Shown piece after piece: positions 10,119-20,782 of a DNA stretch of 64,000 nt. The translations under genes and the position numbers were made by a program. The stretch spans positions 23,759 to 87,758 of the forward strand of contig JBFXCK010000006.1 of assembly GCA_050182275.1 (NCBI GenBank), given 5' to 3'. The notes under the pieces were generated by a model, which was given only the letters and a program-made list of their open reading frames with translations, was not told the origin of the DNA and searched no databases. This DNA comes from Dongiaceae bacterium. Its GTDB lineage: Bacteria; Pseudomonadota; Alphaproteobacteria; SHNJ01. Numbering within the stretch: the stretch's first letter is position 1; every line of letters starts with the position of its first letter.

Positions 10119-11848
10119 CGCAAAATAAAGGGCGCTAATCTTGCCTGTTTGCCCTGCGTTTGCAAGTTTGTCAGCCAATAAGGCAAGCCCATATTCAATA
10201 ATGGATTGCCGCCTTTTAAGAGGGCCACAATTTCTTCCAAGGGCGATTCTTCCCGCGGGTAGGTAATAAATTCCACCGGCTCATTTTCTTGTAAAGCCAA
10301 GGCGGTGCGTACTTCTTGCAAAGCGCCTTGCCAGCCATCGGTGCGGTCGATCAATTTATGTTCCTTGGCTTGAGCGCCGCTCCATACCCGCCCCTGCGCC
10401 GCTTGATCGGCTTCCTCGAGGGAAATTTTACGGCTTTCCGCGACTTTGCCGAGGAAATCCTGGTAACTGGTTTCAATCCATTCGGTCAAGCGGGCGTAGG
10501 CGGCCGGGGAAAAATCCTGGGTCGGCGACCACATATCGGCGTTATCGCCGATTTTGATGCGGCCGATATTTACATCCAACTTCTCCGCCAATTTACCGCC
10601 GATAATTTTGCCGCCAATCACCCCGATTGAACCGGTGATCGTGCCGCGCTGGGCGACAATGCGCTCGGCGCCTAGGGCCACGAAATAACCGCCCGAAGCC
10701 GCCACATCGCCCATCGAGGCGATGATGGGCTTATTTTTCTTCCGCGCTTTTTGCAACGCCGCCCAAACTGTGTCGGAAGCGACATAAGATCCGCCGGGGC
10801 TATCGATGCGTAAAACAAGCGCATCGATGGAATCATTTTCCACGGCTTCGTTAATTGCTTCAACTAAGCTATCGGCCCCTATATGCGATCCGCCGCGCCA
10901 GGGCGGCGAAAAATCGCTTACCCCACGGCTAATTTCGCCGACCGTATAAATTAGGGCGACTTGTTTGGCCAAGCGCCGGCTGGGCAAGGCATCTTTATAA
11001 TCCGCCAAATTAATACAAGTGGGAGCGCGCTTATTGTCGGGGCAGGCGGTTTCTTTCAAATCGGTGACGTAGCCCAATTTATCAACCAGTTTTTTCTTTA
11101 CCGCCGCCTGGGCGCTTAAGGGCGCATTATCAATGGCATGGCGCAATTCTTGCGGCGGTAGTCCGCGCCCTTTTGCCATATCTTGTATGCGTTGTTCAAA
11201 CATATCGCTGGCCAGGCTTTCCATGCTCAACCGGTCGCTGGGGGTGAAGTTTCTTTCGGTCAGAAAATTCATCGCAGTTTTAAATTTGCCGCGGGCGACA
11301 AAGCTGGGCGTGATGCCGATTTTATCCAACAGCCCGCGTAAAAAAGGAATTTCAATCGATACGCCCAACACGCCCCAATCGCCGGAGGGTTGCAGCCAAA
11401 TTTGATCGAAGGCGGTCGCTAAATAATAAGCGCCCGGATTGGCGCCTTCGGCCCCCAGCGTGTCGGCGAAGGCATAGGCGAATTTGCCGCCCTCGCGGAA
11501 GCGCAAAATAGCTTCGCGTAAATCCTGGGTGCGGGCATTGCCCAAATCGCCCGAATCAAGCCGCATGACAATGCCCTTCACGCGCTTGTCTTTGGCGGCG
11601 CGGTCAAGGGCGGTGATAGCTTCGATGAAAGACAGGGGCGGGTTTTCCAGCCAGGTTAATAAGGAATGGCGGCCGGTATATTCGGGCAAGCCATCGTTCA
11701 GATCATAGGTAAGAACCACCTCATTCGGCAGCGTTCTTAATTGGTGGCGGTAAATAAGGCCGCTGATAAATCCCACCAGCGAACTTATCAGCACGGCGGC
11801 GCCGATGAAAATGCAAATACCTTTTAATAAGCGAAGGAAAATTTTCAT
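10115..11848 (-). CDS. sppA: Signal peptide peptidase SppA (long form)
   Basis: RIDSPGG, AASGGY, TGSIGV, GRVWSG. Confidence 0.93.
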   Translation of the reverse strand: MKIFLRLLKGICIFIGAAVLISSLVGFISGLIYRHQLRTLPNEVVLTYDLNDGLPEYTGRHSLLTWLENPPLSFIEAITALDRAAKDKRVKGIVMRLDSGDLGNARTQDLREAILRFREGGKFAYAFADTLGAEGANPGAYYLATAFDQIWLQPSGDWGVLGVSIEIPFLRGLLDKIGITPSFVARGKFKTAMNFLTERNFTPSDRLSMESLASDMFEQRIQDMAKGRGLPPQELRHAIDNAPLSAQAAVKKKLVDKLGYVTDLKETACPDNKRAPTCINLADYKDALPSRRLAKQVALIYTVGEISRGVSDFSPPWRGGSHIGADSLVEAINEAVENDSIDALVLRIDSPGGSYVASDTVWAALQKARKKNKPIIASMGDVAASGGYFVALGAERIVAQRGTITGSIGVIGGKIIGGKLAEKLDVNIGRIKIGDNADMWSPTQDFSPAAYARLTEWIETSYQDFLGKVAESRKISLEEADQAAQGRVWSGAQAKEHKLIDRTDGWQGALQEVRTALALQENEPVEFITYPREESPLEEIVALLKGGNPLLNMGLPYWLTNLQTQGKQARLAPFILR

Positions 11849-11853
11849 TCGCT

Positions 11854-12699
11854 TTAAGCGGCTTCATTGCCGGTAACGGTCGCGATATCCGGCGCGTCGG
11901 CTGCTTTCATGCCAACCACATGATAGCCGCAATCGACATGCAGCACTTCGCCGGTAACGCCGCTGCCCAAGGCAGAAGCCAAATATACAGCAGTGCCGCC
12001 CACATCTTCCAAGGTGACATTGCGTTTTAAGGGCGCGTTCAATTCATTCCATTTCAGGATATAGCGGAAATCGCCAATCCCGGCGGCGGCTAAAGTTTTG
12101 ATGGGGCCTGCCGAAATCGCATTAACGCGAATATTCTCTTTGCCCAAATCCGAGGCCAAGTACCGCACGCTTGATTCCAGCGCCGCCTTGGCGACACCCA
12201 TGACATTATAATGCGGCATCACACGTTCCGCGCCGGCGTAGGTCAAAGTTAAAAGGGAGCCGCCATTTTTCATGAGCGGCACGGCGCGCTGGCACACGGC
12301 GGTGAAGGAGTAACAGGAAATTTCCATCGTCTGGCGGAAATTGTTGCGCGAGGTGGCCAGATATTTGCCTTTCAATTCTTCCTTGTCGGAAAAGGCGATT
12401 GCATGCACTACAAAATCAAGCCCGCCCCAATGTTTGGCGACGGCGGTAAAAACGGTATCTAGGCTGGCATCATCATTAGCATCGCACGACATAATCAATT
12501 TCACGCCCAAAGATTCGGCCAAGGGCGTAATACGCTTTAAAAAAGGCTCGCCTTGATAAGTAAAGGCCAATTCAGCCCCTTGCGCGTGCAGGGCTTGAGC
12601 GATTCCCCAGGCAATCGAACGGTCATTGGCAACGCCCATAATCAGGCCGCGTTTGCCTTTCATCAGCGTGCCGGTGGGTAGGGAAGGGGTGTCGCTCAT
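11854..12699 (-). CDS. fabI: Enoyl-ACP reductase
   Basis: GVANDRSIAWGIA, YNVMGVAKAALE, SAGPIKTLAA. Confidence 0.97.
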   Translation of the reverse strand: MSDTPSLPTGTLMKGKRGLIMGVANDRSIAWGIAQALHAQGAELAFTYQGEPFLKRITPLAESLGVKLIMSCDANDDASLDTVFTAVAKHWGGLDFVVHAIAFSDKEELKGKYLATSRNNFRQTMEISCYSFTAVCQRAVPLMKNGGSLLTLTYAGAERVMPHYNVMGVAKAALESSVRYLASDLGKENIRVNAISAGPIKTLAAAGIGDFRYILKWNELNAPLKRNVTLEDVGGTAVYLASALGSGVTGEVLHVDCGYHVVGMKAADAPDIATVTGNEAA

Positions 12700-12775
12700 T
12701 ACATTGCCTCCTGCGGGGGTGAAGATATGCCGCTATGCTAGTTACTATGGCCTGGGCGTGAATGTCAATTTCCCT

Positions 12776-13753
12776 TTAAATCTCGAGTTTGTCTAAAGCG
12801 GCCCTGGGGTTGTACTTATTTTTACGGCTCCATTTTTCGATGAAGTCGTTCAAATCCCGGTCAGTTTTTTCGGGCAAGGCGATTTTCAATTTCACATACT
12901 GATCGCCACGGGTTTTGCTGGCTGGGTTAAGAATTCCTTTGCCTTTCAGGCGCAGCATGGTGTCGGTGTTGGAGTTTTTTGGCACAGCGACATTGACCCG
13001 GCCATCGATAGTCGGAACATTCAAGCTGCCGCCCGCTACCGCCTCATGAAGGGTTATAGGAACTTCTAGGATCAAATCCAAGCCGCGGCGGGTGAAAAAG
13101 GGATGCGGCGCCACATTCAACTGCACATAGGCATCGCCTGCTTGGCCACCCACCAAATCGACATTGCCCTGGCCTTTTAAGCGCAAATTTTGCTTGTCTT
13201 CCGAAGCGGGCGGGATAGTGACGGCAATAGTCCGGCCATTTTCCAGCACTAAGGATTTTTTCGCGCCCCGCGCTGCGTCAAAGAAGCCGATATTCAACAC
13301 ATAATGCACATCGCTTCCCGGCACAGGCCGGGCGCGGGAATAAGGCGATTCGGCGCGGGTGCGCTCCTTTGGTTTGCGTTGTTTGCGCATACTGGCGAAA
13401 ATATCGGCGATAATGTCGTCCATTTCGGGTCCGCGGTTGAAATGGGGGCCGCCGCCCTCCTCGAAGGAATAAGAAAAATCTTGCCAGTTGGCGCGCTGGC
13501 CGCCGCCGGAACGGCCGCCAAAACCTTGCGGGTTGCCTTGCGCGTCGATTTCACCGCTGTCAAAGCGCCGGCGTTTTTTTTCATCGCCGATAATGTCATA
13601 AGCGGCCGAGATTTCCTTAAAACTTTTTTCCGAAGCTTTATCATTGGGATTTTGGTCGGGATGATATTTTTTGGCCAGTTTGCGATAGGCCTTTTTAATT
13701 TCATCGGGACTGGCGCTGCGGCTAACGCCTAAAATCGTATAAGGGTCTCTCAT
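12776..13753 (-). CDS. DnaJ-class chaperone lacking zinc finger (CbpA-like)
   Basis: J domain with HPD, G/F region, C-terminal LRLKGKG. Confidence 0.92.
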   Translation of the reverse strand: MRDPYTILGVSRSASPDEIKKAYRKLAKKYHPDQNPNDKASEKSFKEISAAYDIIGDEKKRRRFDSGEIDAQGNPQGFGGRSGGGQRANWQDFSYSFEEGGGPHFNRGPEMDDIIADIFASMRKQRKPKERTRAESPYSRARPVPGSDVHYVLNIGFFDAARGAKKSLVLENGRTIAVTIPPASEDKQNLRLKGQGNVDLVGGQAGDAYVQLNVAPHPFFTRRGLDLILEVPITLHEAVAGGSLNVPTIDGRVNVAVPKNSNTDTMLRLKGKGILNPASKTRGDQYVKLKIALPEKTDRDLNDFIEKWSRKNKYNPRAALDKLEI

Positions 13754-13781
13754 GGGGCCTACTATAGCGTAGTTGTAAAAT

Positions 13782-13813
13782 AAAAAAAGGACGGGGTTTA
13801 AAACCCGTCCTTT
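13782..13813 (-). terminator. Intrinsic terminator after surface antigen gene
   Basis: AAAGGACGGG/CCCGTCCTTT stem followed by a T-run on the minus strand. Confidence 0.85.
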
Positions 13814-13835
13814 CTTGATAAAGTATCAGGCTTTA

Positions 13836-14300
13836 CTAGCTCTTGATTTGCCAATCGCCCGAATCATCGCGGCAGGCGGTGCCATAGGCCTGTTCGCTGC
13901 GGCCACCCACTTGAATGGTTTGGGTGTATTCGCGGCACACTTGGCCGTCGGTGTTATAGGTGCGGATAGGGGTAACCGAGCCCGAATTGCCTGAATCGGG
14001 ATTGCGCCAGTAAACCGGTTGGTTGCTGCGGCCGGTTTCAAAAGCGCTATAAGCAGCGCGGTTGGCATAAGAGCGGTCGGCGGCATCCAACGATTTGCCG
14101 ATTTCACTGCCGGCATAAGCGCCAAGCAAGGTGCCGATCGCGATCGCTGCGGTTTGGCCGCGGCCGCCGCCAATATTATGGCCGACCACTGCCCCGCCGG
14201 CGGCACCCAGCAAAGTGCCGATATTTTGCTTAGGCCCAGCGCCTTCAGCGCAGGCGGTTACAAACACTGTAACAAGCAGGGATAGAAGGAGTTTTTTCAT
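13836..14300 (-). CDS. 17-kDa surface antigen-like glycine-zipper lipoprotein
   Basis: Lipobox VTAC, glycine zipper, WRNPDSG, CREY..ACR. Confidence 0.9.
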   Translation of the reverse strand: MKKLLLSLLVTVFVTACAEGAGPKQNIGTLLGAAGGAVVGHNIGGGRGQTAAIAIGTLLGAYAGSEIGKSLDAADRSYANRAAYSAFETGRSNQPVYWRNPDSGNSGSVTPIRTYNTDGQVCREYTQTIQVGGRSEQAYGTACRDDSGDWQIKS

Positions 14301-14479
14301 AGGATTTACCTCGTTAACGGAAAAAGATGATAAAAAAATTATAGGTGAAAGACCCCTCTTCTGTAAAGAATGCTATTTGTTTTATACCGTTTGACTATGG
14401 CCGAATTGCGACCATCGTCTTTCATTTAACGCCATGATATGTAATATTTTTTACGTTCCCTGCTTCGAGCTTCATTTTT

Positions 14480-15091
14480 ATGCCCCAATTCAACACCGCC
14501 GATGACAACATCTTGCGCTTCAATCCGTTGGAGCTGTTCAAGAATTGGTATGAGGAGGCCATCGTCAGCGAACCCGAAGACCCCAATGCCATGAGCTTGG
14601 CAACGGTGGATGAGGACGGCCGCCCCAGCGTGCGGATAGTCTTATTAAAGGAATTCGGTGAGGCGGGCTTTATTTTTTATACCCACCGTCCCAGCCGTAA
14701 GGGCAAAGCCTTGCTGGCGCGCCCTTTTGCAGCGCTATGCTTGCATTGGAAGTCGCTGCGCCGCCAAATCCGCCTGGAAGGGCCGGTGCAAGAAGTGCCG
14801 GAAAGCATGGCCGATGACTATTTCGCGACCCGGCCCCGGCTTAATCAATTGGGGGCGTGGGCGAGCCGGCAATCGGAAATTTTGCCCTCGGCGGGGGAAT
14901 TCGAGCAACGGCTGGAAGAAGTCACGCGTAAATTTGAAGGCCAGAAAGTGCCACGCCCGCCTTATTGGACAGGATTTTCTTTAATGCCTGACAGCATAGA
15001 GTTTTGGCAGCAACAACCAAACCGCTGGCATCAGCGCGTGATTTTCACTAAAACAAAAACGGGATGGGATTCAACCAGGCTTTATCCATGA
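14480..15091 (+). CDS. pdxH: Pyridoxamine 5'-phosphate oxidase
   Basis: AMSLAT, RIVLLK, SRKG, ASRQS, EFWQ, RLYP. Confidence 0.95.
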   Translation: MPQFNTADDNILRFNPLELFKNWYEEAIVSEPEDPNAMSLATVDEDGRPSVRIVLLKEFGEAGFIFYTHRPSRKGKALLARPFAALCLHWKSLRRQIRLEGPVQEVPESMADDYFATRPRLNQLGAWASRQSEILPSAGEFEQRLEEVTRKFEGQKVPRPPYWTGFSLMPDSIEFWQQQPNRWHQRVIFTKTKTGWDSTRLYP

Positions 15092-15987
15092 CCTTATTCA
15101 ATGATCCGCAACGCCTTACCCGTTTTACCGCCGTCTTAGCCATAGCGGTTGCAACCGTGTTAGCTGTAATCAAAGCCGTTACCTGGCTTTTGACCGGCTC
15201 GCTTGGCATGCTGGCGACGGCCGTCGATTCTTTGCTTGATGTTGGCATGTCGGGCATTAGCCTGTTCGCCATCCGCGCGGCGCAACGCCCGCCCGACCGC
15301 GAGCACCGTTTTGGCCATGGCAAGGCAGAGCCTTTGGCTGCCATGGCGCAAGGCGCTTTCATCGCCGGTTCTTCGCTTTTATTGCTGATGGAAGCCGGAC
15401 GCCGCTTGCAAGAGCCGGTGATATTAGAACAAACCTCCACCGGCTTTGCCGTGATGGTGCTGGCGATAGTCATGACATTGCTATTGGTGGCTTGGCAATA
15501 TTGGGTGGTGCGGCGCACGCAATCTTTAGCAATTGCTGCTGACATGACGCATTACCGTGTTGATATTCTGGTCAATGTGTTTGTCATGATCGGCTTGGTT
15601 TTGGTCAATGCGACACAAAAAGCATGGATTGACTCAGCCATCGCCGCCAGTTTGGCGGTATATTTGCTGCGCACCAGCTGGCAAATCAGCAAACAAGCGT
15701 TAGACATGCTTCTTGATCGCGAATTGCCGGATGATGAGCGGGAAAAAATCGGCACGCTTATCCGCGCCGAACCTTCGGTGCGCGATTTCCATGATTTGCG
15801 CACCCGCGCCGCCGGATCCGCCCGCTTTATTCAGTTCCATTTGGAATTGGATAGCGATTTAACCTTGGCCGAGGCGCATGAAGTAACCGACCGGGTGGAA
15901 AAGGCAATCGAGGCGTTGTATCCCGAAACCCATGTAGCGATTCACCAAGAACCTTACGGCATCGAGGATCACCGTGACAATTTCTAA
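15088..15987 (+). CDS. fieF: Cation diffusion facilitator (FieF-like)
   Basis: DSLLD, HRFGHGKAE, HY..D, HDLRTR; ATGA overlap with pdxH. Confidence 0.85.
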   Translation: MTLFNDPQRLTRFTAVLAIAVATVLAVIKAVTWLLTGSLGMLATAVDSLLDVGMSGISLFAIRAAQRPPDREHRFGHGKAEPLAAMAQGAFIAGSSLLLLMEAGRRLQEPVILEQTSTGFAVMVLAIVMTLLLVAWQYWVVRRTQSLAIAADMTHYRVDILVNVFVMIGLVLVNATQKAWIDSAIAASLAVYLLRTSWQISKQALDMLLDRELPDDEREKIGTLIRAEPSVRDFHDLRTRAAGSARFIQFHLELDSDLTLAEAHEVTDRVEKAIEALYPETHVAIHQEPYGIEDHRDNF

Positions 15988-16738
15988 AAAAGTCATTTGG
16001 ATTACCGGCGCTTCTTCCGGCATTGGCCGTGCGCTGGCGTTGCGTCTCGCGGAAGAGGGGCATGATATAGCGGTCTCTGCGCGGCGGGAAGAAGAGCTGC
16101 TTCATGTCATGGAAGAAGCCAGCAGCATGGCCGGGAAAATCATCCCTTTTACGCTGGATGTAGTTGACGCCAAGGCCAATCAGAATGTGGCCGCGGCAAT
16201 TGAAAACAAATTGGGGCCGATCGACATCGCCATTTTCGGCGCCGGCTATCATGAAGAAGTAAGGTTGGAAAATTTTAAGCTCGACACTTTCCACCGATTA
16301 ATGGATATCAATTTTTTTGGCGTTGTTAATGGAGTGAATGCGGTGCTGCCAAGTTTTAAGCGCCGGAGTGCTGGGCATATCGCCATTATTTCCTCGGTCG
16401 CGGGCTATCGCGGCTTGCCGGTGGCCTCGGCTTACGGCGCCACCAAGGCGGCGTTGATTAATTTTGCCGAAAGCATCAATTTCGATGCGCGGCATATGGG
16501 GATTAAGGTGCAAATCATCAATCCAGGATTTGTTAAAACGCCTTTGACCGATAAAAACCGGTTTCCCATGCCGTTTTTAATTCCGGCGGAGGAGGCGGCC
16601 AATAAAATCGCTAAAGGCTTGCGGCGCAATAAATTTGAAATCGCCTTTCCGTGGATGTTTGTCAGTATCTTAAAAATTTTAAAGCAATTGCCCGATAGCT
16701 GGTATTTCAGGCTGGTTGCCAAGGCGACGGGGAAATAA
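15974..16738 (+). CDS. SDR family oxidoreductase
   Basis: TGASSGIG, YGATK, PGFVKT. Confidence 0.92.
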   Translation: MTISKKVIWITGASSGIGRALALRLAEEGHDIAVSARREEELLHVMEEASSMAGKIIPFTLDVVDAKANQNVAAAIENKLGPIDIAIFGAGYHEEVRLENFKLDTFHRLMDINFFGVVNGVNAVLPSFKRRSAGHIAIISSVAGYRGLPVASAYGATKAALINFAESINFDARHMGIKVQIINPGFVKTPLTDKNRFPMPFLIPAEEAANKIAKGLRRNKFEIAFPWMFVSILKILKQLPDSWYFRLVAKATGK

Positions 16739-17169
16739 TGATCGAAGAAGCTCTTAAAAACTATATTGCTTATTACGAAAAGCTGACCCCTGCCACTATC
16801 GGCGATTTGCGGCAATTGGCGGCGGCGGATATGTATTTTGAAGATCCGTTCAACAAATTTACCGGTGTTGAAAAGCTGATCGCGCTTTATCAAAAAATGT
16901 ATCAGGTGATGGATAATCCGCGCTTTGTTATTTTACATTCTGCGGCATCAGGCAATCAGGCCTATATTCATTGGCATATGTTTTATTATCTGAAGGGTAA
17001 AAAGCAAGAACACAAAATTGATGGCATTAGTTTGGCTGTTTTCAGTGAAGGCGGAAAACTAATCAGCCATATTGATTATTGGGATGCCGGCCAGGCGGTA
17101 TATGCGCAGATTCCAGTGCTGGGCAGCATTATCCGTTTTATCCGGCGGAAATTAGGCGCCGCGGATTAA
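16738..17169 (+). CDS. SnoaL/NTF2-like protein
   Basis: FEDPFN...HIDYWD. Confidence 0.85.
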   Translation: MIEEALKNYIAYYEKLTPATIGDLRQLAAADMYFEDPFNKFTGVEKLIALYQKMYQVMDNPRFVILHSAASGNQAYIHWHMFYYLKGKKQEHKIDGISLAVFSEGGKLISHIDYWDAGQAVYAQIPVLGSIIRFIRRKLGAAD

Positions 17170-18441
17170 GGCGATTTGCCGTACATCGATTGTGTTGATC
17201 TTAAAGCCCGCCTCGCAATAGCCAAGATAATAGCGCCACATGCGCTGAAAGCGTTCATCAAAGCCCATGCGTTCAATTTTACCCCAGGCGGCATCGAAAC
17301 GGTTGCGCCATTCATGCAAGGTGCGGGCGTAATGCAGGCCATAACCGTTATTGGCGGCCATGGTAAAACCCGCTTCATCAATCAGCTTTGCTAAAATGGA
17401 AGGCGAAGGGAGCATGCCGCCCGGAAATACGTAACGCTGAATAAAATCGGGGCAGCGTTTGTAATTTTCAAAACGGTCGTCATGGATAGTAATCAATTGC
17501 ATTACGGCGCGGCCTTCCGGTTTTAAGACGCTGTATAATTTATCAAAAAACACCGGCCAATATTTTTCGCCGACAGCTTCGAACATTTCAATCGAAACCA
17601 CGCGGTCGAATTTTTGCTCAATTTCGCGGTAATCGCGCATAAGAATTTTCACGCGGTCGCCCAAACCCGCCTTCAAGGCGCGCTGACGGGCGAATTCGGC
17701 ATGCTCTTGGGAGTTGGTGATGGCGGTGACGTTGCAGGCGTAATTCTTGGCCAAAAATTCCGCCATGCCGCCCCAGCCGCAGCCGATTTCCAAAACTTCC
17801 TGGCCGGGCTGAATTTGCAAAAGACCGGCCAAATGGCGGTATTTATTATATTGCGCTTCTTCCAGGCTTTGCCGTTCATGGGCATAAATCGCCGAAGAAT
17901 AGGTCATGCTGGCATCCAGCCATTCAGCATAGAAACTGTTGCCGATGTCATAATGATAGGCAATGTTGCGTTTGGCTTGGCGCTTGGTGTTGGCTTGCAA
18001 GAAATGCCATATGCGGCGGAAAAAATGCACCCAAGATTGGCCATAGAAAGGGGCAAGCAGCGTGTCTTCATTGCTCATCCACCAGTCCATGATGGCGGTG
18101 ATATCGGGGCTGTCCCATTCGCCATCCAAATAACATTCGGCGAAAGCCAAATCGCCGCCCAATAAAACTTTGCCGGGCACTTTGATGTCTTTTAATTTAA
18201 GCACGGCATTGTGTCCGGGTTCGGCGCCGCCGAAAATAAAAGCCTGATTATTTGGCAAAATCAACGTCATCGTGCCGCGTTTTGAACGGTCCAAAAACTG
18301 CACCGCCATACGCAGGCCGCGGCTTAGTTTGCTGGCGGCTTCTTCGCGCCGGTCAGGGGTAATAATGTCGATACCGCTTAAATAGGCTTGTTCAGCGGCA
18401 GGTTTGGGAAAATTTTCGACAGTGGCAAGCTGAGCGCTCAT
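17152..18441 (-). CDS. cfa: Cfa-family SAM-dependent fatty acid methyltransferase (UfaM-like)
   Basis: HYDIGN, MTYSSA, LEIGCGWG, FIQRYVFPGG. Confidence 0.9.
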   Translation of the reverse strand: MSAQLATVENFPKPAAEQAYLSGIDIITPDRREEAASKLSRGLRMAVQFLDRSKRGTMTLILPNNQAFIFGGAEPGHNAVLKLKDIKVPGKVLLGGDLAFAECYLDGEWDSPDITAIMDWWMSNEDTLLAPFYGQSWVHFFRRIWHFLQANTKRQAKRNIAYHYDIGNSFYAEWLDASMTYSSAIYAHERQSLEEAQYNKYRHLAGLLQIQPGQEVLEIGCGWGGMAEFLAKNYACNVTAITNSQEHAEFARQRALKAGLGDRVKILMRDYREIEQKFDRVVSIEMFEAVGEKYWPVFFDKLYSVLKPEGRAVMQLITIHDDRFENYKRCPDFIQRYVFPGGMLPSPSILAKLIDEAGFTMAANNGYGLHYARTLHEWRNRFDAAWGKIERMGFDERFQRMWRYYLGYCEAGFKINTIDVRQIALIRGA

Positions 18442-18481
18442 AAGTTTTCTCCTGTAAGGGGATGTTTAGCTTATAATTATT

Positions 18482-19249
18482 TTATTTGCCATAGGTCACT
18501 TCAACCGGGGGCGGGGCAGGGCGCTTATAATATCGAGCGCCTTTGACCCATAATTTCAAGGCATCCCAATGAATTCCGGCAATGACTTTGAGGGTTAAAA
18601 GCGGATGAGTGAATAATTTTTTCACCAGATTTTGATCATTCAGCATTTCCGCTCGCGCCACATGGGTGGCGATCAAAACCTCTTTGTCGCCCTGGCTTTG
18701 GCGGATGAGGAATGAAAAATCGTCACCAGGCGGGGTGATGCGGAAGCGGTAATGGCAATCCATCGGAATGAAGGGCGAAACGTAAAATAATTTTTGGCAA
18801 GATTGTAAAATGGCTTTGCCCTTAATTTGATCATCGCCGACGGGCAGCAAATAGCTGTGCATTTCTTTGAAAGTATTGCGCACTTGATAAAGAATCGCCG
18901 CAAGCTTTCCTTGTTTATAGCAAAAATAAACGCTGATCGGATTAAACACATAATTAAAAATCCGCGGCAGGCAGAGCAAATAAATTTTTTCACCCTGCAG
19001 ATCAAGCCCGATATTTTGACAATGTTTTTCAATCCAGGCGCGTAAAGAACTGCCGTCGCGCGGGCCATGATCCTTATCAAAGAAAGAAAAAATATTTTTC
19101 TTATTATAAGAAAAAAATCGCAAATTTTGATGTAAAGCCGGCAGCTCATCCAAATCGGCATATAAAGAAAACACCCGGTAGCTTAAACGGTGGCCAAAGG
19201 GCGCCAAGCGGCGGTGCATGACATGGCCGGTGTAAAGGCGGGAATTCAT
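18482..19249 (-). CDS. DUF1365 protein (UfaO-like)
   Basis: H.RL.P..H, FNPISVYFC, FYVSPF, IHWDALKLW; ATGA overlap with upstream gene. Confidence 0.88.
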   Translation of the reverse strand: MNSRLYTGHVMHRRLAPFGHRLSYRVFSLYADLDELPALHQNLRFFSYNKKNIFSFFDKDHGPRDGSSLRAWIEKHCQNIGLDLQGEKIYLLCLPRIFNYVFNPISVYFCYKQGKLAAILYQVRNTFKEMHSYLLPVGDDQIKGKAILQSCQKLFYVSPFIPMDCHYRFRITPPGDDFSFLIRQSQGDKEVLIATHVARAEMLNDQNLVKKLFTHPLLTLKVIAGIHWDALKLWVKGARYYKRPAPPPVEVTYGK

Positions 19250-20532
19250 GCGGCTAGCCGCCTCTCTTCCGCCGCTAACCAAGGAGCAGTTACGCCCAGC
19301 TTTTCAGCCACGGCGATTGCGGCTTTAAGCCCGTCTTCATGAAACCCATAACCGCAATAACTGCCGCAGAAATAAGTGTTGTTAATACCTTGAAGGGCAG
19401 GAATTTTGGTTTGCGCCGCCATCGCCCCGGCATTGTAAAGCGGGTGGTCATAGTCATAAACCCCATGCACTTTTTCCGGCATGAAAGGCGGGTTGAGCGT
19501 GACGAAAAGGGGATAGGTTGAATCGATATTTTGTAAATTGTTCATCCAATAAGTTGTATAAAGTTTGTCGCTTTGATTCTTAGTCGATAAATAATTCCAG
19601 CTTGACCAGATCTGACGCAATTTCGGCATCAGCCGCGCATCGCTATGAAGGACGGCTTGGTTTTTTTCATAAGCAAAGCAAGACAAGGTGCGGCGTTCTT
19701 CATCACTTGGATCTTGCAGCAGCTTCAAGGCCTGATCGCCGTGACAGGCTAAAACCGCTTTATCGAAAATATAATTTTGATCGGCGCTGATCTGAACTTT
19801 GCCATTAATGCGCCGGATATTTTTGACGGTGGAAAATTTTACATTCTCTAAGTCACGGGCGATGCGCTTAACATATTCGCGGCTGCCGCCGCTCACCGTG
19901 CGCCATTGCGGACGCTGATTAACTTGCAAAAGGCCGTGATTATCGCAAAAGCGCAGGAAGCTAAGGGCTGGGAATTCCAGCATCTTTTCCGCTGTTGTCG
20001 ACCAAATCGCTGCACCCATCGGCAATAAATGATAATCGATAAATTCTTGGCAATATTTTCCCGCCCTCAAATATTCATCCAAAGATAAATCGCTAACCGG
20101 ATCGGTTTTCAGCCAAGCGGTGCTTTCTTTATAAAAGCGCAGCAGATCGAGAAGCATTTTATAAAAACCGGGGCGAAGCCAATTGCGCTTTTGCGCAAAA
20201 GTTTGGCCTAAAGTGCTGGTGCCATATTCCAGCCAGCCATCTTTAAGGCTAACGGCCAGCGACATATCGCTTTTTTGGGTTTTAACGTCTAGTTCCTTGA
20301 AAAAGGCAATTAAATTGGGATAGGTCCAGTCATTATAAACAATAAAGCCGGTATCAACCGCAACCGAATGATTGCCGAATTTCGCCTCAACCGTGTGGCT
20401 GTGCCCGCCCAAATAATCATTGGCCTCGAACAAGGTCACGCTATAGCGTTGCCGTAAGAGCCAAGCGGCGCTTAAACCTGAAATGCCGGAACCGATAACA
20501 GCAAGGGAAGGCCGATGAGCCATGGTATTCAT
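19246..20532 (-). CDS. FAD-dependent oxidoreductase/desaturase (UfaD-like)
   Basis: GSGISGL, GGHSHT, VDTGFIVYN, GFHEDG. Confidence 0.88.
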   Translation of the reverse strand: MNTMAHRPSLAVIGSGISGLSAAWLLRQRYSVTLFEANDYLGGHSHTVEAKFGNHSVAVDTGFIVYNDWTYPNLIAFFKELDVKTQKSDMSLAVSLKDGWLEYGTSTLGQTFAQKRNWLRPGFYKMLLDLLRFYKESTAWLKTDPVSDLSLDEYLRAGKYCQEFIDYHLLPMGAAIWSTTAEKMLEFPALSFLRFCDNHGLLQVNQRPQWRTVSGGSREYVKRIARDLENVKFSTVKNIRRINGKVQISADQNYIFDKAVLACHGDQALKLLQDPSDEERRTLSCFAYEKNQAVLHSDARLMPKLRQIWSSWNYLSTKNQSDKLYTTYWMNNLQNIDSTYPLFVTLNPPFMPEKVHGVYDYDHPLYNAGAMAAQTKIPALQGINNTYFCGSYCGYGFHEDGLKAAIAVAEKLGVTAPWLAAEERRLAA

Positions 20533-20782
20533 CTTTTGGTCTTAGCATTTTCCTTAAAAGGAGCGATAGGGGGGATATCTGGGGATGAACGGTTAAAAGC
20601 CTATAAAGAAGGCATGCTGCGCCCAAATTTTGCCATAGTCGTCCCTGATTTTAAGCCCGCTTCTGGTAATGGCTTTACCTATACCCTTTTATAATTTTCT
20701 TATGGTGGCGGTTCCAGCTATAAACAGTAAGCGATCTCATGTCAGGCATGGTGTCTGGCAATTTTCCAATTGGAGGAACTTC

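Noticed and set aside
20533-20782. RpoE-type promoter for the ufa/fasciclin genes
   Set aside because: Only a TCATCC near-match; no convincing TGATCC plus -10 pair
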